In this document: in pieces, positions 29,047 through 38,195 of the stretch
Layout of the letters: each line of letters begins with the position of its first letter
Numbering within the stretch: position 1 is the first letter of the stretch
Source: Pseudomonadota bacterium
GTDB lineage: Bacteria > Pseudomonadota > Gammaproteobacteria > Comchoanobacterales > Comchoanobacteraceae
DNA length: 64,000 nucleotides
Assembly: GCA_036337715.1 (NCBI GenBank)
Contig: JAYZDS010000007.1
Coordinates: 90,467-154,466, forward strand
Reading direction: 5' to 3'
The notes under the pieces: generated by a model
Seen by the model: only the letters and a program-made list of their open reading frames with translations
What the model was told of the DNA's origin: nothing
The model's database searches: none
Made by a program: the position numbers and the translations under genes

Positions 29047-29430
29047 ATGAAAAACTTATTAAAAATAGTCTGTATTGGTACGATGCTTTCAGGCTTTGCA
29101 TTAGCTGATGCGCATGATACCAAGACCGATGACGATAAAAGTGGCGTGGTAGATCAAACTACAAATGGAGCTACTGATGGCGATACTACAACAACAGATG
29201 GTGTTGATACTACAACAACAGACGGCGGCGATGGCGATGCTGTGAAAGATGGCGGCGATGGCGATGCTGTGAAAGATGGTGGAGACACTGGTGATGGTAT
29301 GGATAAAAGTGGCGACGTAGTCGACGATGGTACAAAAGGAGATGATGTCAAAGTGGATGGTGACGGATCCGATGTTGGTTCTGATGATACCACAAAAGAC
29401 GATAAATCTGATGATGGTGCAACATCATAA
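29047..29430 (+). CDS. secreted acidic Asp/Gly/Thr-rich repeat protein (127 aa)
   Basis: The RBS aagagg precedes the start and the signal peptide is MKNLLKIVCIGTMLSGFALA. The mature part is low complexity, with TDG(D/V)DTTTT and GGDGDAVKD repeats. Confidence 0.7.
   Translation: MKNLLKIVCIGTMLSGFALADAHDTKTDDDKSGVVDQTTNGATDGDTTTTDGVDTTTTDGGDGDAVKDGGDGDAVKDGGDTGDGMDKSGDVVDDGTKGDDVKVDGDGSDVGSDDTTKDDKSDDGATS
29224..29277 (+). repeat. perfect 27-bp tandem duplication (2 copies) inside the acidic protein gene
   Basis: ggcggcgatggcgatgctgtgaaagat occurs at 29224-29250 and again, identically, at 29251-29277. Confidence 0.95.
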
Positions 29431-29479
29431 CCCTTGAGTAAGTAATTACGCAAAGATGTACATAATAAAGGAGATACTT

Positions 29480-29737
29480 ATGAATGTTAGATTTTATCAA
29501 TGTATACTTTTAGGGTTACTTGCAATCTCAGGATCCTTTGCTGCCAATCATGATGCAAACACCTGTGATAGAAAAGACGGTGCCAAAGCCTATAAAAAGG
29601 TATTTGTCACCGATGATGAGGGCAAAATTTATAAACTTATGGGTTATAACTCCGATGGAACGTATGCTTATGTCGTAGAGATTAAGAAAATACAGTCCGA
29701 TAAATTAAAAGAGTTATCCAAGGATTATAAAAAGTAA
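29480..29737 (+). CDS. small secreted protein (85 aa)
   Basis: The RBS aaggaga lies 7 nt before ATG 29480. The signal peptide is MNVRFYQCILLGLLAISGSFA. A terminator follows. Confidence 0.65.
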   Translation: MNVRFYQCILLGLLAISGSFAANHDANTCDRKDGAKAYKKVFVTDDEGKIYKLMGYNSDGTYAYVVEIKKIQSDKLKELSKDYKK

Positions 29738-29760
29738 CTATCAAAACCATACACAAATAT

Positions 29761-29792
29761 AAAAACACTTAGTAAAAACTAAGTGTTTTTAT
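29761..29792 (+). terminator. rho-independent terminator
   Basis: A 12-bp perfect stem, aaaaacacttag / ctaagtgttttt, encloses the loop taaaaa, and the right arm supplies the T run. Confidence 0.75.
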
Positions 29793-29815
29793 ATAAAAAA
29801 AGGAGTTAAAAAATT

Positions 29816-30718
29816 ATGCAGATCAATTATGAACAAAAAAAAGTATTTATGGCATTTGTCAAAAAATTTGAGTTGATAGACGATACTGATAATAAAACCA
29901 TTTTTCGAAAATATAAAAAACAAACTTCAAATTATTTTGAGGGATTGATTAGTAACGACGATAAGGAAGGCAATCAAAGTGATGATATTTTACATATCTA
30001 TTATTTAAAAAGAATGATCAAATTTTTAGAGTTAGAAAATACAAAACAAGCTGAAGAATTCGATATTACTGACTGGCAAGAGTTGCTTGATAAATGTAGG
30101 GCATATAAACCTAAAACATTGATGCAAAGGATAAGATTTAAAATACGTAATAATTCTTCTTTAAACAAATTTTTTTATGGATCCTTGATCTTTTTAATGG
30201 GTATGGTATGTTTGAGTGCTATGGTAACGATTGCTTTTTTCTTTCCACCAATTCTTGCAATCATTTTAATATCTATTTCCATATTGTTGGTATACGGTCT
30301 TTTTTCATATATTGATGAATTTATATCTGATGAAAAGCCAAGCATGCAAAAAGCGTTAATGAATCCGGATATGGGAAATATAAATCCTAAAAACTCAACA
30401 AACATTCAACCTGATGAGATAGGTCAAAGCTTCATAAAAGCTAATGTTGAAGAAGATATTAATGATCAATTATTGAATTGTGAAAATGATAATGAAGCAC
30501 TCAATACTCTAGTAGATTTCTTAGAAAGCAATGATATTCCTCATGACTTAGATAAGTCAGAACCTCTCAACACAAATATTCAAAAAATATTTGATGCATC
30601 AGATGGATATAAACGAGATACCTTAACCAGTAGACATGATAATAATAGTAACCGTCAAATGATGATTGAGTATAAAGATTCACTTATCAAACCAGTAGGA
30701 AAAAGTAGTTTTTCATAA
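29816..30718 (+). CDS. membrane protein with a central bilobed hydrophobic hairpin (300 aa)
   Basis: The RBS aggag precedes the start. Residues 119-166, FFYGSLIFLMGMVCLSAMVTIAFFF-PP-ILAIILISISILLVYGLFSYI, form two TM segments joined by a PP turn. The flanks are hydrophilic. Confidence 0.7.
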   Translation: MQINYEQKKVFMAFVKKFELIDDTDNKTIFRKYKKQTSNYFEGLISNDDKEGNQSDDILHIYYLKRMIKFLELENTKQAEEFDITDWQELLDKCRAYKPKTLMQRIRFKIRNNSSLNKFFYGSLIFLMGMVCLSAMVTIAFFFPPILAIILISISILLVYGLFSYIDEFISDEKPSMQKALMNPDMGNINPKNSTNIQPDEIGQSFIKANVEEDINDQLLNCENDNEALNTLVDFLESNDIPHDLDKSEPLNTNIQKIFDASDGYKRDTLTSRHDNNSNRQMMIEYKDSLIKPVGKSSFS

Positions 30719-30758
30719 TGTTATCAGTTATTTAAACGAAATATTTAAATAAGAAACG

Positions 30759-30767
30759 TGCTATAAT
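30759..30767 (+). promoter_or_regulatory. extended -10 element TGCTATAAT
   Basis: It lies within AACGTGCTATAATA, a 14-mer identical to the one at 6082-6095. It ends 19 nt before ATG 30787, with GAGG between. Confidence 0.45.
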
Positions 30768-30786
30768 ATATGATGAGGCATTAAAA

Positions 30787-31485
30787 ATGGATAACAAAAA
30801 TAATAATTTTTTAATAAAAGTTCAAAACTTTTTTCGCAATAAGTTCCTCCCTTTACTCTTTCGTGGGATTTTGCTTCTACTGATATTTGCAATGATCAGT
30901 ACATTGATAATGGCAACTTTTAGTTTTCTTGCGATTAATCCGCCCATCTTTGTAGTTATTTTAATGGCCATTGCTGTTTTTGTAATTAGCGTTTTATTCG
31001 AAAATGGGTTGCATAATGAAGATATAGAAAAGCAGCATCAGATTCGAAGACAATTAGAAATCATACCTAGTGAAGAATTGAAAAACGAAAGAAATTTGTA
31101 TCGACAGCCAGTAAAAGAAAATGATGATTATTATATTAGTAATATGTCACTTTCTGACTTTCATGAAAAAATTATGAACGAAGTAGGTTTAGATGAAAAT
31201 TCAGTTGATCTTTTGTTTAGTAACTTTCCACCTGAAATATTAGTAGATGATAAAGAACTAAAAGCATCGTTAGAAAAAAAAATAAAAGGTGATCAAAAAG
31301 CTTTTAAAGTGATGAAAGATGAAATCAAATTTAAGTCTCCTTTTAAAATCGTTAAGAACCCAAAAAATCAATCCGTTACCATCAAATTAAATAAACAATT
31401 ACCCGAGGAATACCATGTTAAATTTAATCAATTGCTAAGTGAAGCAACTCGTATAAAGCCACAAGGAATCAATTTACAACGATAA
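30787..31485 (+). CDS. membrane protein with an N-proximal bilobed hydrophobic hairpin (232 aa)
   Basis: Residues 21-71 read LPLLFRGILLLLIFAMISTLIMATFSFLAI-NPP-IFVVILMAIAVFVISVLF. This is the same hairpin architecture as the preceding gene. Confidence 0.7.
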   Translation: MDNKNNNFLIKVQNFFRNKFLPLLFRGILLLLIFAMISTLIMATFSFLAINPPIFVVILMAIAVFVISVLFENGLHNEDIEKQHQIRRQLEIIPSEELKNERNLYRQPVKENDDYYISNMSLSDFHEKIMNEVGLDENSVDLLFSNFPPEILVDDKELKASLEKKIKGDQKAFKVMKDEIKFKSPFKIVKNPKNQSVTIKLNKQLPEEYHVKFNQLLSEATRIKPQGINLQR

Positions 31486-31535
31486 ATTTAGAAAAAGTAT
31501 TTAGGTTCGATCATTTAAAAGCATAAGAAAAAAGT

Positions 31536-32066
31536 ATGAAAATAACAAAAATTAAACAAAAAGAAAGGGAAAAAGCCATCAATTACATGGGAGTAATCGT
31601 AGAAAACCTACCAAATCCTCAAGAAGAAAACAATAAAAAAAGTTTTACTAGTTTTATTGCTCATAAGCCTTTTTTTGAAAATAGAAAAGATATATTCGAT
31701 ACAAAATTTGGAAATTGTGACGCTACTAATGATGATGATTTATTGAAATTGTATGAGTCTTTTTTAGACGTGATAAAATTTAATTTTAACACCCAAAGCT
31801 CAGAAAATTCCAAAATAGAAGTAAGAGCGTTAATAAACTGTATTACTGAAAAAAGAAGTCCATTTGGTTTGTCATCAAGTAGTGATAGATCCCAGGCTGG
31901 TGGCATAGATAGGCTTATTAGGTTAATTGATAAAGAAAAAGGTAAGTTTAATAAAACACAAGTAATTTCTGAAGATTTAATCCAAGAAATGGAAAATACG
32001 AATAAAGATGATTCAACTGATAATGAGCGCTACAGTAGCGACGATTACTCAGGCCCAAGCTGGTAA
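31536..32066 (+). CDS. hypothetical protein (176 aa)
   Basis: ORF on the same strand as the cluster. No motif recognised. Confidence 0.55.
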   Translation: MKITKIKQKEREKAINYMGVIVENLPNPQEENNKKSFTSFIAHKPFFENRKDIFDTKFGNCDATNDDDLLKLYESFLDVIKFNFNTQSSENSKIEVRALINCITEKRSPFGLSSSSDRSQAGGIDRLIRLIDKEKGKFNKTQVISEDLIQEMENTNKDDSTDNERYSSDDYSGPSW

Positions 32067-33134
32067 CTGATACTGCATTCTAAGTTTTGTGGCATTGCCG
32101 CCCAATGCAAATCCAATGCATTCACCCTGATCATTAAACTGTTCCATTTGTATGCCATCAGCATCACTAATGATTTTCCAGCGTCCCTTAATCCACGGGT
32201 GACGACAAATTACCACGGGAAAAGTAGGGGTTTTAGCGACGGTCGGTAACGCAGGATAACTAATCTTTGTGGGATTACCTTGTAAAGTTTTAACCATGGC
32301 CTGGGCTTGTTGACGAATAGGACCGATATAACGCAAGGTAATACCATGAACTTCTGCACAATCCCCTAAAGCATAAACTTCCTTAAGATTTGTTTTACCA
32401 TAAGCATCCACAATAATGCCATTTGGGCTTACCGCCAGTGCATCGCTGATGGCTGGGGCATGTTGTAGTCCAATGGCTTGAATGGTTAAATCTGCTTTAG
32501 GTGGTTTGGCTTCATACCAGCTAATGCCTGCATCGATCATTGCAGCTTTGAGTGCTTGTCCAATTGGGGCAGGTACGAGACCATTTAGCGGCAATGGTAC
32601 ATCGCTAACCAAACGAATGGTTTTATCTAAAGATAATAAGTCATTGGCTAATTCGCAACCGACTAAACCAGCACCAATGATATTAATTGTTTTGGCTTTT
32701 TCCATCAATGGACGCAACACGCGGTAATCATCGAGGTTATTTAAAGAAAACGTGTTTTTTAAATATGGTAATTTTTTAGGTTCTGAACCTGTAGCAAGGA
32801 TTAGTTTTGAGAATTTAAAATCCCCTCGGTCCGTAACCACCACTTTTTGATCAATTAAAATATCTTTTGCTATGGTATGCGTCAAAATAGTAGCGTTTAA
32901 GTTAGTTGCTAACTCATTTTTGCGTTCACTGATTGTATCATCTGGTGTTTTACCTTTTGTTAATGATACTGACAATAATGGTTTATGATAAAAATCACCG
33001 TCGTCTTTAGTGATGATCATCAGAGGATGATCAGGCTCAGCTTGACGCCACAATTTTGCCAATGTATAACCGGCTATACCGGAACCAATAATAATTAAAG
33101 GGGTTTTAGTAGACACGGTGCTCCAATGTTGCAA
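32049..33134 (-). CDS. FAD-dependent pyridine nucleotide-disulfide oxidoreductase (rubredoxin reductase/NorW-like)
   Basis: The FAD motif is LIIIGSGIAGYTLA and the NAD motif is INIIGAGLVGCELA. YALGDCAEV is also present. Confidence 0.7.
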   Translation of the reverse strand: MQHWSTVSTKTPLIIIGSGIAGYTLAKLWRQAEPDHPLMIITKDDGDFYHKPLLSVSLTKGKTPDDTISERKNELATNLNATILTHTIAKDILIDQKVVVTDRGDFKFSKLILATGSEPKKLPYLKNTFSLNNLDDYRVLRPLMEKAKTINIIGAGLVGCELANDLLSLDKTIRLVSDVPLPLNGLVPAPIGQALKAAMIDAGISWYEAKPPKADLTIQAIGLQHAPAISDALAVSPNGIIVDAYGKTNLKEVYALGDCAEVHGITLRYIGPIRQQAQAMVKTLQGNPTKISYPALPTVAKTPTFPVVICRHPWIKGRWKIISDADGIQMEQFNDQGECIGFALGGNATKLRMQYQLPAWA

Positions 33135-34068
33135 TAAGTTGGGTTAATAAATCAGTTAAGTCATGTGAAGGTAGTTGAGATAATGCCTGATTGGCTTGAT
33201 CAACGTATTCAGATATTTTTTGACGTGTGAGCTCAAATGCACCAGATGTTTCAAGTAGGTGTGTTATTTCTGCAACAGACGCTTTGTTTTTGTGTGCGCT
33301 TTCAATTGCATCTTTGAACTTATCTTTTTGGTAGGCCATGATGAGTGGGTAGGTTGTTTTTCTATCTAGCCAATCTTGCCCCAATGTTTTTCCAGAAACG
33401 TCGCTGGTATAGTCAAGTAAGTCATCTTGTAGCTGAAATGCGAGCCCTAAGGCTTGTCCAAAAGACAGGCACGCTTGTGTGATCTCAGGTGATGCATTCG
33501 AGACTTTAGCCGACAAGTGACAAGCTTGTTTAAATAGTTCTGCTGTTTTAGCTTGAATGATTGAAAAATACGTACCAGCATCTATATTAAGTTTGTTGCG
33601 CACTTGATGCTGTTGTACTTCACCTGCCACGATGATTTGGGTTGCTTGAGCTAAATCATGAATGACAATGGGATCTTCTAGAGCTGCAATCCACCTAAAC
33701 GCTTGTGAGAAAAAATAATCGCCAACAAGAATACTGGCTTTATTACCATGCTCATACCAAGCTGTTGGTTGATTATGCCTTTTGGGGGCATCATCAATGA
33801 CATCATCATGTAACAAAGTTGCACAGTGAATGATTTCTACAATGGCAGCAAGTAAATGATGAGATTTATTACATTTGCCAAGAATATTACCAATCGCTAA
33901 TACCAGTAATGGGCGTAAATGTTTCCCTCTTACAATATGGTTACCTATGTCTTTAATGAGATGCAACTGATGTTGTTGTGGTAGTTTAAGATAGTCTTGA
34001 GTCGCATACCAATCGGGTGTTACGGTCTCAGTCATCAACGGGATTAATTTATTTAAATTCATATGCAA
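33106..34068 (-). CDS. ispB: polyprenyl (octaprenyl) diphosphate synthase
   Basis: The first aspartate-rich motif is LLHDDVIDD and the second is QLQDDLLDY. The size is 320 aa. Confidence 0.85.
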   Translation of the reverse strand: MHMNLNKLIPLMTETVTPDWYATQDYLKLPQQHQLHLIKDIGNHIVRGKHLRPLLVLAIGNILGKCNKSHHLLAAIVEIIHCATLLHDDVIDDAPKRHNQPTAWYEHGNKASILVGDYFFSQAFRWIAALEDPIVIHDLAQATQIIVAGEVQQHQVRNKLNIDAGTYFSIIQAKTAELFKQACHLSAKVSNASPEITQACLSFGQALGLAFQLQDDLLDYTSDVSGKTLGQDWLDRKTTYPLIMAYQKDKFKDAIESAHKNKASVAEITHLLETSGAFELTRQKISEYVDQANQALSQLPSHDLTDLLTQLIATLEHRVY

Positions 34069-34442
34069 AATGCTTCAATATAATTAGGCAATGCCTTTGG
34101 TTTGCCGAACGAATTAATATAGGCCATTTCGAGCTCACCCTGACATAAACATTGTTTATCCTTGTAAATGCTTTGATGCCAGATAGCCAATGTTGGTCTA
34201 ACTACTTTTAATGTGCTCTTTACTTCTAATCTATCACCCAGTCGTGCAGGCGATAAGAAATCGACCTTAAGAGACTTTATAACAAAGGCCTCTTTTTTTG
34301 CACACATATCATCCCAGTGCTTTTTTTGTTGCATCAATCTACTAGACCTTGCACGTTCAAAATACTTTAAATAGTTTGCATGATAGACAACGCCTTGTGC
34401 ATCTGTGTCTTCGTAATAAACTGTAATTTCCATATTAGGCAC
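34059..34442 (-). CDS. acyl-CoA thioesterase, YbgC/4HBT family
   Basis: VYYEDTDAQGVVYHANYLKYFERAR is the hotdog-fold signature. Confidence 0.8.
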   Translation of the reverse strand: MPNMEITVYYEDTDAQGVVYHANYLKYFERARSSRLMQQKKHWDDMCAKKEAFVIKSLKVDFLSPARLGDRLEVKSTLKVVRPTLAIWHQSIYKDKQCLCQGELEMAYINSFGKPKALPNYIEAFCI

Positions 34443-37014
34443 TAATTTGATTAACCATGTAAGCTAAAATGCCGCCACTTCGGTAGTATTCTAACTCATG
34501 ATCTGTATCAATACGACAGGCCAGTGGATAAGATTGAACATTACCATCTTGACGAGTAATGCGAAGTGTTAAATTAGCTTTAGGCCCAGTCATTTCACTG
34601 ATGCCATCGATATCAATTAACTCATTGCCAACTAAATTTAGTTCACTTAAAGGGATGGTAAGTTGACAAGGTAAGACCCCCATTCCGACTAAGTTAGAAC
34701 GATGAATACGCTCAAAGCTTTCACAAATCACTGCTTTGACACCTAGCATATAAGTGCCTTTTGCAGCCCAATCTCGCGATGAGCCTGTACCATACTCTTT
34801 GCCACCAAAGACCACTAATGGGGTATTTTGTGTCTGATAATGCATGGCAGCATCAAAGACACTCATAAGTTTTTTCTCCGGATATATAGTGGTATAACCA
34901 CCTTCTTTTTCAGGATTCATGAGGTTTCTGATGCGAATGTTTGCAAACGTACCGCGTTGCATGATTTCGTGGTTACCACGACGTGAACCATAAGTATTAA
35001 AATCTTTAGGGTCTATTTGGTTTGCACTTAAATATTGTGCAGCTGGAGAGCCTAATTTAATGGCACCAGCTGGAGAAATATGATCTGTTGTGACAGAATC
35101 ACCCAACAACAGTAAAATACGAGCTTGATTGACATCAGTAAGTTTCTCGGGTGTTTGAAAAAAATCAGGGCAGCGTACATAAGTTGAGTTTTCATCCCAA
35201 CTAAAGTTTGGTTGATCAATGATGTTAATTTGTTGCCATTGTTGGTTTCCTTTAAGAACGTGTTTATATTGTTCTTCGTACATAGAACGGTTAATCAATT
35301 GCTCTTGTTGGTCTATTTCAGCTGTATTGGGCCATATATCTTTGAGGTAAACATCCATACCATTTTCATCTTGCCCTAATGGTTCAGTGGTCAAATCAAT
35401 ATCAGTGGTGCCAGCAATTGCAAAAGCGACTACCAATGGTGGTGATGCAAGCCAGTTTGATTTAACTTGCGGGTGAATACGTCCTTCAAAATTACGGTTA
35501 CCAGATAAAACAGCGGATACAGATAACCCGTTGGCTTCAATCTCTTGAGTAATCTCTTCGGATAACGGCCCTGAATTACCAATACAAGTAGTACAGCCAT
35601 AACCTACGAGATTAAAGCCCAATTGGTTTAAATAGGGCATTAGATTTAATTTTTCAAGATAATCAGTGACAACCCTAGAACCTGGTGCAAACGATGTTTT
35701 AACCCAAGGTTTTGTTTTTAAACCGCGTGCCAGCGCTGCTTTAGCGAGTAATCCTGCACAAATCAAAATGCTTGGGTTTGATGTATTGGTACAGCTGGTA
35801 ATGGCAGCAATGACAACGTCATTATGTTTGAGGTTTGGTCCATTTGGGGTTGCTGGTTTTAGAGCCAAAGAGCTTTTTTTAAGTTCTGACAAATAAACTT
35901 TATCTTGGGGTCTTTTAGGGCCGGCAAGACAAGCTTTGACATCAGATAGATCTATTTTAATGACATCAGTAAAAGACATATCATCATCATGATCATGCCA
36001 AAAACCTTGGTATTTTGCATACTCTTCAATGATTTGACGTTGTGATTCACTACGATTTGTGAGTTTGAGATAAGCCATGGTTTGTTCATCGATTGGGAAA
36101 AAGCCACAAGTTGCTCCATATTCTGGCGCCATATTACTGATGGTTGCCCTCTGTGCAAGAGTAAGCTTTTCTAATGCTGGACCATAAAATTCGACAAACT
36201 TGCCTACAACACCATATGTTCTCAGCCGATTGGTTACTTCAAGGACTAAGTCGGTAGCTGTAATGCCTGGAGATAGTTCGCCACTAAGATAAACCCCAAT
36301 GACATCTGGAATGAGGAGACTAACTGGTTGGTCAAGCATAACCGCTTCAGCCTCAATGCCGCCAACGCCCCAACCAAGGACGCCCAAAGCATTAACCATA
36401 GTCGTATGACTGTCTGTCCCTACCAATGTATCTGGAAATAAAACGCCATCTCGTTCACCAACAACGGGTGCTAAAAATTCGATATTGACTTGATGACAAA
36501 TACCAGCGCCAGGAGGCACAACTCGGAAATTGTTAAAATGCGCTTGGCCCCATTTAAGTAATTCATAGCGCTCTTTGTTACGCTGCATTTCGAGGGCCTC
36601 ATTTAACCCAAGTGCATTAGAACTTGCAAATTTATCTACTTGGATTGAGTGATCAATCACAAGGTCAACTTGGCAGCTAGGATTGATTAAACTCGGGTCT
36701 TTTTCTTTTTTTGTAATCGCATCTCGCATTGCTGCAAGGTCTACTACTCCTGGGACGCCCGTAAAATCTTGCATTAATACACGAGAAGGTAAATAAAATA
36801 TTTCAGTTTGAGCTTTTTTGTTAAAAAAAGCTTTTAAATGCGATTCAGTAATGGTTTTCCCATCAAAACGTCGCACTAAGTTTTCAAATAAAACCTTTAA
36901 GCTTTTTGGTAAACAGTTTGCGTCCTTAAAACCAAGTTTTTTTGCAGTAGAATTAAGGTCAGCGATCGTATAATTTTTATCCTTTATGGTCAAGGATGAC
37001 ATATATTGACTCAT
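34435..37014 (-). CDS. acnA: aconitate hydratase A
   Basis: GTDSHTTM, ITSCTNTSNP and GCTTCIGNSG provide the Fe-S ligands. The size is 859 aa. Confidence 0.95.
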   Translation of the reverse strand: MSQYMSSLTIKDKNYTIADLNSTAKKLGFKDANCLPKSLKVLFENLVRRFDGKTITESHLKAFFNKKAQTEIFYLPSRVLMQDFTGVPGVVDLAAMRDAITKKEKDPSLINPSCQVDLVIDHSIQVDKFASSNALGLNEALEMQRNKERYELLKWGQAHFNNFRVVPPGAGICHQVNIEFLAPVVGERDGVLFPDTLVGTDSHTTMVNALGVLGWGVGGIEAEAVMLDQPVSLLIPDVIGVYLSGELSPGITATDLVLEVTNRLRTYGVVGKFVEFYGPALEKLTLAQRATISNMAPEYGATCGFFPIDEQTMAYLKLTNRSESQRQIIEEYAKYQGFWHDHDDDMSFTDVIKIDLSDVKACLAGPKRPQDKVYLSELKKSSLALKPATPNGPNLKHNDVVIAAITSCTNTSNPSILICAGLLAKAALARGLKTKPWVKTSFAPGSRVVTDYLEKLNLMPYLNQLGFNLVGYGCTTCIGNSGPLSEEITQEIEANGLSVSAVLSGNRNFEGRIHPQVKSNWLASPPLVVAFAIAGTTDIDLTTEPLGQDENGMDVYLKDIWPNTAEIDQQEQLINRSMYEEQYKHVLKGNQQWQQINIIDQPNFSWDENSTYVRCPDFFQTPEKLTDVNQARILLLLGDSVTTDHISPAGAIKLGSPAAQYLSANQIDPKDFNTYGSRRGNHEIMQRGTFANIRIRNLMNPEKEGGYTTIYPEKKLMSVFDAAMHYQTQNTPLVVFGGKEYGTGSSRDWAAKGTYMLGVKAVICESFERIHRSNLVGMGVLPCQLTIPLSELNLVGNELIDIDGISEMTGPKANLTLRITRQDGNVQSYPLACRIDTDHELEYYRSGGILAYMVNQISA

Positions 37015-37068
37015 ACTACTATGCTAAACCTAACGACAAAATTAGGCAAGTATTTGTTAAATAATTAA

Positions 37069-37692
37069 CTAATTTTTTATACATGATACAATGGTTTTAG
37101 CTGTTTTTTTTCTAAAAATAAGTACTAGATGCTCATAGGGTAAGGTTGTGATTGAAACAAGTTTAGGAATAAGTGTGCTTTTAATAGACACAATGCCATC
37201 GCTTGCGCCTGATATTAACATTCCAGATAGGGTATTTTTAGTATGACCGTTGATGAGATGACATTTGTATAGATGACCTATGTTAGGGGCGAGTGGTTTT
37301 TTTTGCAATTCCAATTGATGTGTTGGTAAAGCACCAACCACATATAAGATCCATCGGGTAAAAATAGATTTTTTAAATTTTGTTACTAATTCAACACCAT
37401 GATTGGGTGGCGCAATCATGATTAGACAATGGATGCCTTTGGGTTGATAACGCTCTAGTAAATGTTGCATGACAAGACCACCCATAGAATGAGTAACGAT
37501 AACAATGGGTTTTTTTGGATTGACTTTGTAAAAGTATGTTCGCCAGATGTAATCTGCAGCCATAGAGGGGGTTAATTTTCTTGAAGGGTAGGCAAGTAAA
37601 TGCACTTTATAACCACGTTTTTTAAGCATATTGCCTAATGTACGCATGAGCCAGCGGGGTGCGGATAAGCCATGTATGAGGTAAATATCCAC
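37069..37692 (-). CDS. alpha/beta hydrolase (esterase/lipase-like)
   Basis: IYLIHGL is present, with the nucleophile elbow THSMGG. Confidence 0.65.
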   Translation of the reverse strand: MDIYLIHGLSAPRWLMRTLGNMLKKRGYKVHLLAYPSRKLTPSMAADYIWRTYFYKVNPKKPIVIVTHSMGGLVMQHLLERYQPKGIHCLIMIAPPNHGVELVTKFKKSIFTRWILYVVGALPTHQLELQKKPLAPNIGHLYKCHLINGHTKNTLSGMLISGASDGIVSIKSTLIPKLVSITTLPYEHLVLIFRKKTAKTIVSCIKN

Positions 37693-38195
37693 TATAATTC
37701 TATTTCCGTTTCAATCACTTCAACGCTATCTTCAAAAGACTCACAAAGTTGATTAATGTCTGGAAAGTAACTAGGCCAACCAGTTGTTAACACATCACGT
37801 AATGGTACTAATACAAATTGTCTTTGGGTCATGCGAGGGTGGGGTATTTCTAAAGTATCTGAAAAAAAGGTATCTGTATCATACAATAATATATCTAAAT
37901 CTATGGTTCTTGGCTGACGCTGTCCTTTGTTTAAACGTCCCATAGATTGTTCTATCGTCATGGTTAATTGATGAAGATCAGTCATGCTAAAATCAGTAGA
38001 TATTCTAATCACAGCATTGAGGTATTTAGGCTGTTGTTCAGTAACCTCTACAGGATTCGTTTCATAAAGATTAGATACTGCACAAATTTGGATATTTTTA
38101 CAGTTTAAAGCTTGGACGGCATTATGGATATGTTCAGCGCGATTGCCAAGGTTGCTCCCTAAGCCAATGTAAGCTATTTTAAACGCTTGTGTCAT
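37692..38195 (-). CDS. folK: 2-amino-4-hydroxy-6-hydroxymethyldihydropteridine diphosphokinase
   Basis: AYIGLGSNLGN, PRTIDLDILLY and LEIPHPRMTQRQFVLVPL are present. The pcnB-folK synteny is conserved. Confidence 0.9.
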   Translation of the reverse strand: MTQAFKIAYIGLGSNLGNRAEHIHNAVQALNCKNIQICAVSNLYETNPVEVTEQQPKYLNAVIRISTDFSMTDLHQLTMTIEQSMGRLNKGQRQPRTIDLDILLYDTDTFFSDTLEIPHPRMTQRQFVLVPLRDVLTTGWPSYFPDINQLCESFEDSVEVIETEIEL

